A stretch of DNA of 23,271 nucleotides from Candidatus Hydrogenedentota bacterium (lineage in GTDB: Bacteria; Hydrogenedentota; Hydrogenedentia; Hydrogenedentales; SLHB01). Position numbers and translations under genes: made by a program. The DNA lies in the NCBI GenBank assembly GCA_045863295.1, contig BTWA01000060.1, positions 1 to 23,271 on the forward strand. Reading direction: 5' to 3'. Below the pieces are notes generated by a model that saw only the letters and a list, made by a program, of their open reading frames with translations, did not search any database and had not been told where the DNA came from. Below, piece by piece: positions 1-7,796 of the stretch (positions are counted from its first letter, which is position 1; each line of letters starts with the position of its first letter).

Positions 1-210
1 CTCCAGCGTCCGATTACCGATACTGACCCCGATCATCCGCATGACGGTCAGAATAAAGGCGGGAAGAACGTATCGTGGGAATTCGCCGAAGACATAAAAC
101 GGAAAGAAGAACAGCACCCACTCAAGGATGGGCTTATTGGCAAAACTGAGTTCGAAAAACGCCAGTATGTCGTTTACGTACAGGATCACGAAATCCAAGA
201 ACTGCGACAC
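1..210 (-). CDS. N-terminal part of a membrane-anchored protein running off the window edge (possibly glycosyltransferase family 2-like)
   Basis: Not in the ORF track because it has no stop in the window. Manual translation from GTG at 210 gives MSQFLDFVILYVNDILAFFELSFANKPILEWVLFFFPFYVFGEFPRYVLPAFILTVMRMIGVSIGNRTLE, open to position 1. There is an in-frame TGA just upstream and AGGA about 12 nt before the GTG. The hydrophobic 'FFPFYVFGEFPRY' segment recalls N-termini of membrane GT2 enzymes, but that product call is weak. Confidence 0.6.
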   Translation of the reverse strand, partial: MSQFLDFVILYVNDILAFFELSFANKPILEWVLFFFPFYVFGEFPRYVLPAFILTVMRMIGVSIGNRTLE

Positions 211-736
211 GACGCACCAAATTCCTGTGAGTGCTCAGGATCATACGAAAAGACACTCCCCCAAGTGCGGTCTTACCGCGCCTATTCTTAGAGGAACCCC
301 CGTTCCAACCGATCGACCTAGAGCCGCCCAATTTGCAGATCACATGAACATATCTCGATAGAATATGTAGGAGTAAGGTTATCAGATATCACTTACCGCG
401 TCAATTAAACACAGACTCGACGAGTGAGCAACCGTTTTGTATAAGCTCGCGGCAAATAGCAATCGGCAGGCACATAACGAATCCAAAATCTGAGTACTGC
501 GTGCGCGATACTTCCAACCGCGTTTGTTGATCTCTTGAATTACACACAGCCCGCCCAGAATACCGTAACATCCTTATTGGAAACTGGAAAAGCACTACTA
601 TTTTCCAATCTGTCTCATCGGCTGTGCTTATACAATGCGAAATCTCGAAACCAATTCTGATTTGACCTCCAGTACATTGGCACCGGCTTGACTGCCTATT
701 CCATAGTCCGTATCTATATTCCCTTGCTAACCATTT

Positions 737-1789
737 CTATGGCAGCGAAAATGCTATGTACGCATCGCCCTTTTTCGTGCCAAGTTTGCCTCCACCTGTA
801 GCGGCAATTACAACATATTGCTTTCCTTCCAACTCGTACACTGTGGGAGGAGCAAATCCTCCGAACGGCAATGGGTGTTCCCAGAGTTTTGCACCCGTAT
901 CGGCATCAAAAGCGCGGATACGTTCGTCCGCCGCGCCGGCGCAAAACACGAGGCCGCCGGCGGTTGCTGTAGGGCCACCGAAGTTCTCCGCGCCCGTATT
1001 GTCTTCTCCCCAGATTTCGAGATCTGGATAAACACCAAGCGGAACTTGCCAAATCAATTTGCCTGTGGAAAGGTCAATGCAGTTCAGCGTACCCCATGGC
1101 GGTTTACACCCGGGGTAACCCTCATCATCAACCAGCTTGGGATAACCATTGTGCGTATAGCGAAGCGGGCTGTCATTCTCTTTCAATGAGCCCGGAGGTA
1201 AGTCGCGAAGAAACAGATAGTCTAACAGCGCGCTCATGTCGCTCGCATTGGACGTCAATGTTTCGGGGGCGGCCGGCATGGCGTTCTTACCTGTTGCCAA
1301 CAATGTGCGGACAGCGGAGTCATTTAGTCGCCGACCCAGACCTTGCAATGGCGGATACATACCTACTCCGAAGCGGTCGGGACCGTGACATTGCGCACAC
1401 GTTTCGCGGTAAATCATTTCGCCCTTTGTGGGCGGCAGGGACGGGTCGCGCGTCACGCGATCGGGTTGGAATACAGTTACGATCCATGGTACGTGGTTTG
1501 ATGACACATACAGGTGGTTCTTACTCGGGTTGAATGCGGCTCCGGTCCATTCCGCGCCGCCGTGAAAACCGTACAGCACGGTGGGCTTGTCCTCTTCAAA
1601 CGGTTCGAACCAACCCATATTCGCGGAGGCGACGCGTTGCATCACGAATTCGTGCGCTTCTGGCGTGCGATTCGTTACGTCTTCGAGAGTAAACACCTGT
1701 CGTGTAAACGGCTCCGGCAGCGTGATGTCCGGCTGATACGGCCATGTACGTTCGCCGGGCAACCTGGATACGGGAGCCCGGCTCAGACG
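737..1789 (-). CDS. C-terminal part of a frameshifted PQQ-dependent dehydrogenase (membrane glucose/quinate dehydrogenase-like beta-propeller) with an inserted class I cytochrome c domain
   Basis: The frame reads RLSRAPVSRLPGERTWPYQP... from 1789. It contains GFHGGAEW, KPPWGTLNCIDL, ENFGGPTATAGGLVF and the terminal GGGKLG..GDAYIAFSLP. A heme motif CAQCH lies at 1385-1399 with a downstream AMPA (likely axial Met). It is collinear with the C-terminal half of the paralog at 13136-14974. The ORF-track TTG start at 1762 is probably not a real start. Confidence 0.85.
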   Translation of the reverse strand, partial: RLSRAPVSRLPGERTWPYQPDITLPEPFTRQVFTLEDVTNRTPEAHEFVMQRVASANMGWFEPFEEDKPTVLYGFHGGAEWTGAAFNPSKNHLYVSSNHVPWIVTVFQPDRVTRDPSLPPTKGEMIYRETCAQCHGPDRFGVGMYPPLQGLGRRLNDSAVRTLLATGKNAMPAAPETLTSNASDMSALLDYLFLRDLPPGSLKENDSPLRYTHNGYPKLVDDEGYPGCKPPWGTLNCIDLSTGKLIWQVPLGVYPDLEIWGEDNTGAENFGGPTATAGGLVFCAGAADERIRAFDADTGAKLWEHPLPFGGFAPPTVYELEGKQYVVIAATGGGKLGTKKGDAYIAFSLP

Positions 1790-1795
1790 AAAGGG
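1754..1795 (-). other. -1 frameshift site: slippery heptamer C_CCT_TTC, 6-nt spacer and 7-bp GC stem-loop (candidate programmed frameshift or single-base indel)
   Basis: The coding strand reads ttC CCT TTC gtc tga GCCGGGC tcccgtatccaggtt GCCCGGC. The heptamer is at 1795-1789, the 0-frame TGA at 1785-1783, and the stem arms at 1782-1776 and 1760-1754. Confidence 0.5.
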
Positions 1796-4287
1796 AACAG
1801 GGATTCTCCTGTTTCGCGGTCGAGCAGAAGCGTGTTGCCAATTTTCGTCACTTGTGCAACCACGTCTACTCTACGTCCCTTCCAGTCTATGCTCGCTAAG
1901 ATGGGAGGTGCGGGAATATCCAAGTCCCAGATGTCGTGACGGATCTCTTGAAAGTGCCAGCGCCGATTTCCTGTCTTCGCATCCACGGCTATTACGCAGT
2001 TCGCAAAGAGGTTTTGTCCCTTATGTGTGTTGCCGGCGAAGTTGGGTTTGGGCGACCCAGTACTCATGTATACGATTCCTCGGGCCTCATCCAGGGCAAT
2101 TCCACCCCAGCAGTTCGCACCTTCTTCAGGCTCGTCCCAAGTATCGCGTGCAAATTCGCCATCCGCCGGAATGGTGTTGAAACTCCATATCCGCTCCCCT
2201 GTGCGTACGTCGAATCCCCACAAGTCGCGATTATACCCGGCAGTAACGAGAACATTTTCATATACAACCGGGGCTACGACAGATTTGCCAGGAGTGATTC
2301 GGCCTCCGTCGCCAAAAGCATCGATGGGCTTGCCAGACTCCAAGGCCACCGCATAAATGAATTCGCCCGATGGAAAGAGTATGCGCGCTACGTGGCTGTC
2401 GTCACCCGGCCAATAGACCAATCCCCGGTGCGCCGGACGGCCTTCGGGTTTCATTCGCCACTTTTCATCTCCGTTTGTCCCGTCTATTGCGACGACATGC
2501 TGACCGGATGTCGGTCCGATCAACATTCCGTCCACAACAATGGGATTGCACTGCACGTTTTCTGGCGTATCTCCTGAACGATACTCCCATGCCTTGGTCA
2601 ATGTGTGAACGTTTCGTCGATTGATTTGCTTTGCTGCGGAAAACCGCGTGTTGTGCGCGTTCCCGTGCGAGCGTTTCCATGTGGAAAACTGGCTTTCAGG
2701 CAATGGAATTGCCGCAGCAAGCGAATCGACTGATGCGGCGGGAATAACTTGGCGTTCCGGCAAAGCCCTACGCCTTGCAGGGTTCTCGAATTCCATGTCA
2801 CTTGCCGAACGGCGTGGCGATTTCAAATCGTCGAAATCCCACAGCGCAATTGTGTCTCTATCGCGTGATGCGGGTTCGGAGCGATATTCCGGTTTCCTTA
2901 TTCCTTTGGTAATTCTTACATGGTCTATCGCGCCATATGCCACAAATCCGCCTTCCACTAGACGTCCCAGGCCAAGTCCTCCAGGTACAGGCGGCATATC
3001 CTTCTTTCGAATTGACTGTTGATTCAACAATTCGCCGTCAGCATAGAGTGCGACGAAAGTGTCGCTGTAGTGCATAGCGATGTGGCGCCATCTACCGTCA
3101 GTGACGGGTTTTGCCGTGCGAAGGTGGTCCGGTTCCAAGCCGGGCGTGTATAACGCGAGAAAGCCTGTGCCCACTTCCGTAAACATTTCCCAGTGTGTAC
3201 CGGATGCTTTCGTATCGCAGGCCACCAGAACATTAAAGTTGGATGCATCCACCAGACGTGCCCAGCATTCGACTGTTATTGGCGGCTCGCGGTAGGCTGG
3301 GTCTCCATCCGCTACCATGCCGCCGGATACGGCGCGACCGAACGAATCGGACGCACTCGACACGGGTATACTGCCGGAGTTTTCTTCCTCGGTACGCAGT
3401 GGGGGCCGTGGGGACGACGGGGCGACACCGTCCAATTGTGGCAGCATCCATTCCAGCCCATCCAGATTGTCGAGCAAAACTTTCTCCGCGTCCAACTCCG
3501 TATGGTTGAGTATACCGATGGGACCCTTGTATCCGCTGTTACGTATAACACGAAGAAGCCTTGCATCGAGTGATCCAGAACCAATGGGCCAAATCTTCTT
3601 TCCGATCTCGTCGCCTTTGGGTTCCATGCCGTTCAGGTTAACGCAGTAGAGATAAGGCAGCATGATCTGCATCAGCGACTCGAACCGATCCACATGGGCG
3701 TGGCCGTGATGCTGGTTGTATACGATGCCAACATTCTCGTTGCCGAGCGCCTTGATTATGGCAATCTGATTTTCGGGCTCGCCGAACCAGCCACCGTGGT
3801 TGTAAAGGCCTACCTTGCACCCTTGGGCCGCAGCCGCCTCCACAATTGGACGTATCAACTCCACATGTTCTGCGACTCGCTGTCGTTGTTCCTCTGGGCT
3901 GCATTGCACCTCTCCCCCGCTGAACGTCACCCAGAGTTCCGTTTTCACGTTGTGTCGTTTCAGTGCATCGAGTATGGCTTTGGCGTCCTCATTCAGCGCA
4001 CCTGGAAACCAAAAGGCCTGTAACGCAATTCCCCATCGCTCAAGCGTTTCTATTTCCTCGTCGAACGTTGGGATGTGTTCCGCCCGCCAGTCGTAGGCCA
4101 GTTTGAAAATGCCCATGCGCGAGAGCATCTCGGCCCGTGCTTCAGGACCTCGTTTTACGGCATCAAAAGGCACAATACACCATGCAACCAAGTTCGACCG
4201 TGAGAAAATGGTGTCCGAGTCTTGCGCTTGAATCGTCGGTGAAATAAGCAGGGTTGCAACTGTTGCAGCTACGGCCATTCGTTTCAT
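1783..4287 (-). CDS. N-terminal part of a secreted multidomain fusion: signal peptide + xylose-isomerase/AP-endonuclease-2-like TIM barrel + LamG/ConA-like domain + first half of a PQQ dehydrogenase
   Basis: Likely start is ATG 4287 (MKRMAVAATVATLLISPTIQA, Sec signal) with AGGAAG 6 nt upstream. The ORF-track start at 4368 overlaps the upstream gene. TIM motifs: LYNHGGWFGEPEN, IVYNQHHGH, GPIGILNH. LamG motifs: ITVECW, DGRWRHIAM, LYADG, GAIDHVRI. PQQ motifs: NVQCNPIVVDG, GANCWGG, HFQEIRHDIWDLD. It ends at TGESLFPFV-stop in mid-propeller. Confidence 0.85.
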   Translation of the reverse strand: MKRMAVAATVATLLISPTIQAQDSDTIFSRSNLVAWCIVPFDAVKRGPEARAEMLSRMGIFKLAYDWRAEHIPTFDEEIETLERWGIALQAFWFPGALNEDAKAILDALKRHNVKTELWVTFSGGEVQCSPEEQRQRVAEHVELIRPIVEAAAAQGCKVGLYNHGGWFGEPENQIAIIKALGNENVGIVYNQHHGHAHVDRFESLMQIMLPYLYCVNLNGMEPKGDEIGKKIWPIGSGSLDARLLRVIRNSGYKGPIGILNHTELDAEKVLLDNLDGLEWMLPQLDGVAPSSPRPPLRTEEENSGSIPVSSASDSFGRAVSGGMVADGDPAYREPPITVECWARLVDASNFNVLVACDTKASGTHWEMFTEVGTGFLALYTPGLEPDHLRTAKPVTDGRWRHIAMHYSDTFVALYADGELLNQQSIRKKDMPPVPGGLGLGRLVEGGFVAYGAIDHVRITKGIRKPEYRSEPASRDRDTIALWDFDDLKSPRRSASDMEFENPARRRALPERQVIPAASVDSLAAAIPLPESQFSTWKRSHGNAHNTRFSAAKQINRRNVHTLTKAWEYRSGDTPENVQCNPIVVDGMLIGPTSGQHVVAIDGTNGDEKWRMKPEGRPAHRGLVYWPGDDSHVARILFPSGEFIYAVALESGKPIDAFGDGGRITPGKSVVAPVVYENVLVTAGYNRDLWGFDVRTGERIWSFNTIPADGEFARDTWDEPEEGANCWGGIALDEARGIVYMSTGSPKPNFAGNTHKGQNLFANCVIAVDAKTGNRRWHFQEIRHDIWDLDIPAPPILASIDWKGRRVDVVAQVTKIGNTLLLDRETGESLFPFV

Positions 4288-4316
4288 GAGCATCTTCCTG
4301 GGTTGGGATTTGGATC

Positions 4317-5348
4317 TTAGACAATATCCGGCCAGCGCTTTCGCCAGCCGATGCGGTTCAATGTCCATTCAAATTCCCGCATCACAACCGGTCCAAACGG
4401 AGCCGGCACATCATCTTCCGGTTGGCACATATTGGGAGTATCAATAATGCCGCGCGCATGTAGCATCCATTTCAGATTGCGAAGCCAATTGACCGATCCA
4501 TAGAACATCAGGTAGGGCAATATCCGGTTGAAATACGTGGAGGCCGCATTTTCTTCGTCGCCGTCCAGAAATGACTGGACAGCTTCGGCATGCAATTCCA
4601 ATGGTTCGGTACCTGTCATGAAGGCTGTGACTCCCAGACGCAGCAGATGAATCAGATGTTTGCCTCCGGCACCGCCGATTACCTGTAGTTTTCCCTCAAA
4701 GACATTCAAAAGGTCGGCCGTCTTGGTGAGGAAATCATCGCTTTCCGCTTTAAACGAGTGTATTTGCCCGGTAGCTTCGACCAACTTTACGACAAACTCC
4801 GGTGTAAAGACATCGGCCGTCTGGGGCGTATCCTGGATTATGATGGGCACCGGCGCCTCTTGTGCCATTTCCTTGAAAAGGGTAAGCGTCTCTTCCTGGT
4901 TCGTCTTTGTTTCATACGGAAGCGAGCACATAATCAGGTCCGCACCTTTCGCCGCTGCCTCTTTTGCATAGCGGAGTGTGTCGGAAGAGGTCTTCCCTGT
5001 TACGCCAGCGTAAAACGGCACACGACCCGCGATATGTTCAACGGCCACGTCCGTCATACGGGACCGATCCGAGTCGGAGATTTTTTGAAACTCCGAAGCG
5101 TATGCGAAATGCCCTATCGCCGCCGCGCCACATTGAACGCAGTAGTCGATTTCCCTGCGAAGGCTGGCTAGGTCTACCTTGTACTCCGCATCGACAGGCG
5201 TGGCTAGAATTGGCATCATTCCACGAAATGCCGGCGGCATGGCGACCTTGGGCTGGGCCTGAACGGATGTGGAATATGCCGCCATCCCGGCCGCGCCTGC
5301 AATCATAAACTCTCTTCGCCCCATATTGCCCACTTTCCTTTTTTTCAT
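4317..5348 (-). CDS. Dihydrodipicolinate synthase (DapA/NAL) family class I aldolase/dehydratase with a twin-arginine signal peptide
   Basis: Motifs: GMMPILATP, VDLASLRREIDY, AGRVPFYAGV, AAAKGADLIM, and a putative Schiff-base Lys in FKAESD. FAYASE replaces GTTGE and IIIQD replaces the usual YN, so this is not the housekeeping DapA. Likely start is ATG 5348 with GAGGA upstream. The N-terminus contains GRREFMIAGAAGMAAYSTSVQA. Confidence 0.85.
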   Translation of the reverse strand: MKKRKVGNMGRREFMIAGAAGMAAYSTSVQAQPKVAMPPAFRGMMPILATPVDAEYKVDLASLRREIDYCVQCGAAAIGHFAYASEFQKISDSDRSRMTDVAVEHIAGRVPFYAGVTGKTSSDTLRYAKEAAAKGADLIMCSLPYETKTNQEETLTLFKEMAQEAPVPIIIQDTPQTADVFTPEFVVKLVEATGQIHSFKAESDDFLTKTADLLNVFEGKLQVIGGAGGKHLIHLLRLGVTAFMTGTEPLELHAEAVQSFLDGDEENAASTYFNRILPYLMFYGSVNWLRNLKWMLHARGIIDTPNMCQPEDDVPAPFGPVVMREFEWTLNRIGWRKRWPDIV

Positions 5349-5380
5349 TGCGTTTATCCTCGAGAACCATGTATACCGCA

Positions 5381-5409
5381 AGTGTAGTCATGGTCGGTGA
5401 GTGGCTCAA
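5381..5409 (-). promoter_or_regulatory. Putative sigma70 promoter for the minus-strand arm
   Basis: The minus strand reads TTGAGC-N17-TACACT, about 30 nt upstream of ATG 5348. Confidence 0.45.
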
Positions 5410-5440
5410 GGACCGAGAAAGGACCTGCGCCGAGTCGGAG

Positions 5441-5471
5441 TTGACTGTGGCATTAAGTCTGCGTGTATTAT
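5441..5471 (+). promoter_or_regulatory. Putative sigma70 promoter for the ABC transporter arm
   Basis: TTGACT (5441-5446)-N19-TATTAT (5466-5471). The spacer is longer than optimal. Confidence 0.35.
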
Positions 5472-5477
5472 CGATCC

Positions 5478-6875
5478 ATGAGTACCTATCCTTTTGCCCG
5501 CTCAAATTCTTATGGCCTGATTGCAATCGTTCTCATTTTTCTGTCGGCTTGCGATTCACAGCCCGCGAAGCCGGGTCCCGATGCTCCCCCCCCCCCAAGC
5601 GACGGTTCGTTTAGTTGGAAGAGGTTTGATGGCACGGATATTTCGTTGCTTATCTCCGAACACAGCGTGACAGACGGCATACGGTCGGTCATCGGAGAGT
5701 TCGAGGATGCCACGGGGATCCGTGTATCCATCGACGCGCTGGCCGAGGATCTCTATTTCGACCGGATGGAGTTGGCCCTGCGCGCGACCGACGGTGTAGC
5801 GGACGTGTATTTCTTTCCCATGGATTCAACGGGATACTCGCAGTGGGCGGCGGGACTGGTTCAGCCGCTGGATCCGTTTCTGGACAACGCTGGCATGACG
5901 GCCCCCGATTACGACTTGGCCGGGTTCCCTTCGCAGTTTCTTACCGCCGCCACTTTTCCTCCCAACGATGCCAACGCGAAACTCTATGGAATTCCAGTCT
6001 CATTCGAAGCTTACATACTTTTTTACAACAAGGAATTGGTAGGGCAGTATTTGGGAGGCCAACTTCCACAAACCATGGATGAGTTGGTTGCCGGAGCCAA
6101 GCACATCAACGAGGCCGCCAATGGATCTGCGGCCGGAGCTGTCATGCGGGGGATTCGGTCGGACACGATTTTGGATACCGTGACCGGCATGATTTTCAAC
6201 CATTGGGGTGAGGCTGACGCACCGTTGCCTTACAATGTATGGTTTGACGGCGACTGGAACAAGCCGCGCCTTACCGATCAACGTATTGTGAATGGGTTGA
6301 AAGATTATGCCGGGATGATGAAGGCGGGACCTCCGAACATCATGGCAATGGACTGGCCTGAAGCAACGCTTCTATTCTCGCAAGGCAAGGCGGCATTCTA
6401 TATAGATGCAAGCCTGTTTGGCCCAGGATTTGAGGACCCGATGAAGTCGGCTGTCTCCGGAAAGGTAGGTTATGCGCTACTGCCTCCCGCACTTCCAGGC
6501 GGGGAATCCCGTACAGGACATTGGATGTGGGGGCTCGGCCTACCCAAGAATGCCCGCCACCCTGGAGCTGGCTGGTACTTTATTCAGTGGCTAACCAGTA
6601 AGTCAATGGAGCCGCGCGTGGCCACGTTTCACGGTGGCGCGGCACGGCTGTCTACCTGGAGTGACCCGCACTACACGGAAAAACTGAATCCCGAGTACGT
6701 ACGCACAGTTCAGACAGCCATGAAGACATCCCGTCCTACTGCTGAATTTCGTGAAGGCTGGAAGGAACATGCCATTGAAATTTCCGCCTCGATACAGGCG
6801 ATGTACAAAGGAGAAGCTCCGGAAGCGGTAGCCGAGCGGTTACAGTCGAAATTGTTGGAATTGTCCGAGAGGTAA
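5478..6875 (+). CDS. Carbohydrate ABC transporter substrate-binding lipoprotein (CUT1 family)
   Basis: Lipobox LSAC follows a hydrophobic stretch. Motifs: EFEDATGIRV, LYGIPVSFEAYILFYNKEL, FSQGKAAFYID, WYFIQWLTSK. Two permeases follow. ATG 5478 is preferred over the ORF-track GTG at 5463. Confidence 0.92.
   Translation: MSTYPFARSNSYGLIAIVLIFLSACDSQPAKPGPDAPPPPSDGSFSWKRFDGTDISLLISEHSVTDGIRSVIGEFEDATGIRVSIDALAEDLYFDRMELALRATDGVADVYFFPMDSTGYSQWAAGLVQPLDPFLDNAGMTAPDYDLAGFPSQFLTAATFPPNDANAKLYGIPVSFEAYILFYNKELVGQYLGGQLPQTMDELVAGAKHINEAANGSAAGAVMRGIRSDTILDTVTGMIFNHWGEADAPLPYNVWFDGDWNKPRLTDQRIVNGLKDYAGMMKAGPPNIMAMDWPEATLLFSQGKAAFYIDASLFGPGFEDPMKSAVSGKVGYALLPPALPGGESRTGHWMWGLGLPKNARHPGAGWYFIQWLTSKSMEPRVATFHGGAARLSTWSDPHYTEKLNPEYVRTVQTAMKTSRPTAEFREGWKEHAIEISASIQAMYKGEAPEAVAERLQSKLLELSER
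5586..5596 (+). repeat. C11 homopolymer in the 5' coding region of the substrate-binding protein
   Basis: gct ccc ccc ccc cca contains 11 consecutive C and encodes A-PPPP. Confidence 0.9.
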
Positions 6876-6893
6876 CCCGACCATGGCAGGAAC

Positions 6894-7796
6894 GTGCACG
6901 TGTCGACTAACCCAATGACTGCGCGGCCTTCCCGTCACGCACGCGTAGCATATCTTCTCTTGTCGCCTGCAATCTTCATCCTTGCTTTTACATCCCTTTA
7001 CCCTATGGCCTGCGCGATATTCCTGAGTGTGTTCGACTGGAACTGGGGACGGGACTTTGTCTTTGTTGGAGCCGGCAACTATCTTCAGCAGCTGAGGAGC
7101 GGCCCGTTCTGGCGCATTATGGCCAACACGGCCTGCTTCGCCGTAGGCGCCGTAACCATCGAGTTCATGCTGGGACTTGCGCTCGCGGTTTCTGTCAATG
7201 GAATTGCCTGGGGCACACGCGTCGCTCGTACCGTGCTTATCTTGCCTCTGATGATATCCGGTATTGTTGTGTCGTTAACCGCCAAGATTTTGCTTGATCC
7301 AATGCTTGGCTTAGTGAATTACATACTGCAACAGATCGGCCTTCCCGCGATGCCGTTTTTCGGTTCCACCCAATCGGCAATGCTCACCATCATAGCTGTT
7401 GACACTTGGTGGCAAACCGGGTTTGTGTTCATCGTGCTTTTGGCCGGGTTGCAGAGCTTGCCTCGAGAACCGTATGAATCGGCCGATGTAGACGGGGCGA
7501 CCCCTTGGCAGCAGTTTCGATACATTACATTGCCGATGCTCAAGCCCGTACTATTCGTCGTACTCATCTTCCGCACCATTGACTGCCTTAAGGTGTTCGC
7601 CATTGTTTTCGGAACGACCAATGGCGGGCCCGAGTTGGCCACGGAGGTGGCACAGACCTATGCATACCGAACGGCCTTTAAAGTGCTTGAAATAGGCGAT
7701 GCGATGACCATCACCGTCATGTTCTCCGCGGTTATATTGGCACTATCGTTGCTATATATTCGGTTCGGTGAATGGAATAGGTCTACTACACCATGA
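6894..7796 (+). CDS. Carbohydrate ABC transporter permease (MalF/UgpA-like)
   Basis: Multiple TM segments, FVGAGNY, and the EAA loop LQSLPREPYESADVDGATPWQQFRYITLP. The start could also be ATG 6915. Confidence 0.93.
   Translation: MHVSTNPMTARPSRHARVAYLLLSPAIFILAFTSLYPMACAIFLSVFDWNWGRDFVFVGAGNYLQQLRSGPFWRIMANTACFAVGAVTIEFMLGLALAVSVNGIAWGTRVARTVLILPLMISGIVVSLTAKILLDPMLGLVNYILQQIGLPAMPFFGSTQSAMLTIIAVDTWWQTGFVFIVLLAGLQSLPREPYESADVDGATPWQQFRYITLPMLKPVLFVVLIFRTIDCLKVFAIVFGTTNGGPELATEVAQTYAYRTAFKVLEIGDAMTITVMFSAVILALSLLYIRFGEWNRSTTP

Noticed and set aside
128..595. Short ORFs 128-361 (+), 134-343 (-) and 401-595 (-)
   Set aside because: None has protein-like motifs, and the first two overlap the more plausible minus-strand CDS starting at 210.
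4317..5348. Calling this gene dapA (lysine biosynthesis)
   Set aside because: It lacks the GTTGE motif and catalytic Tyr context, carries a Tat leader and sits in a catabolic context.
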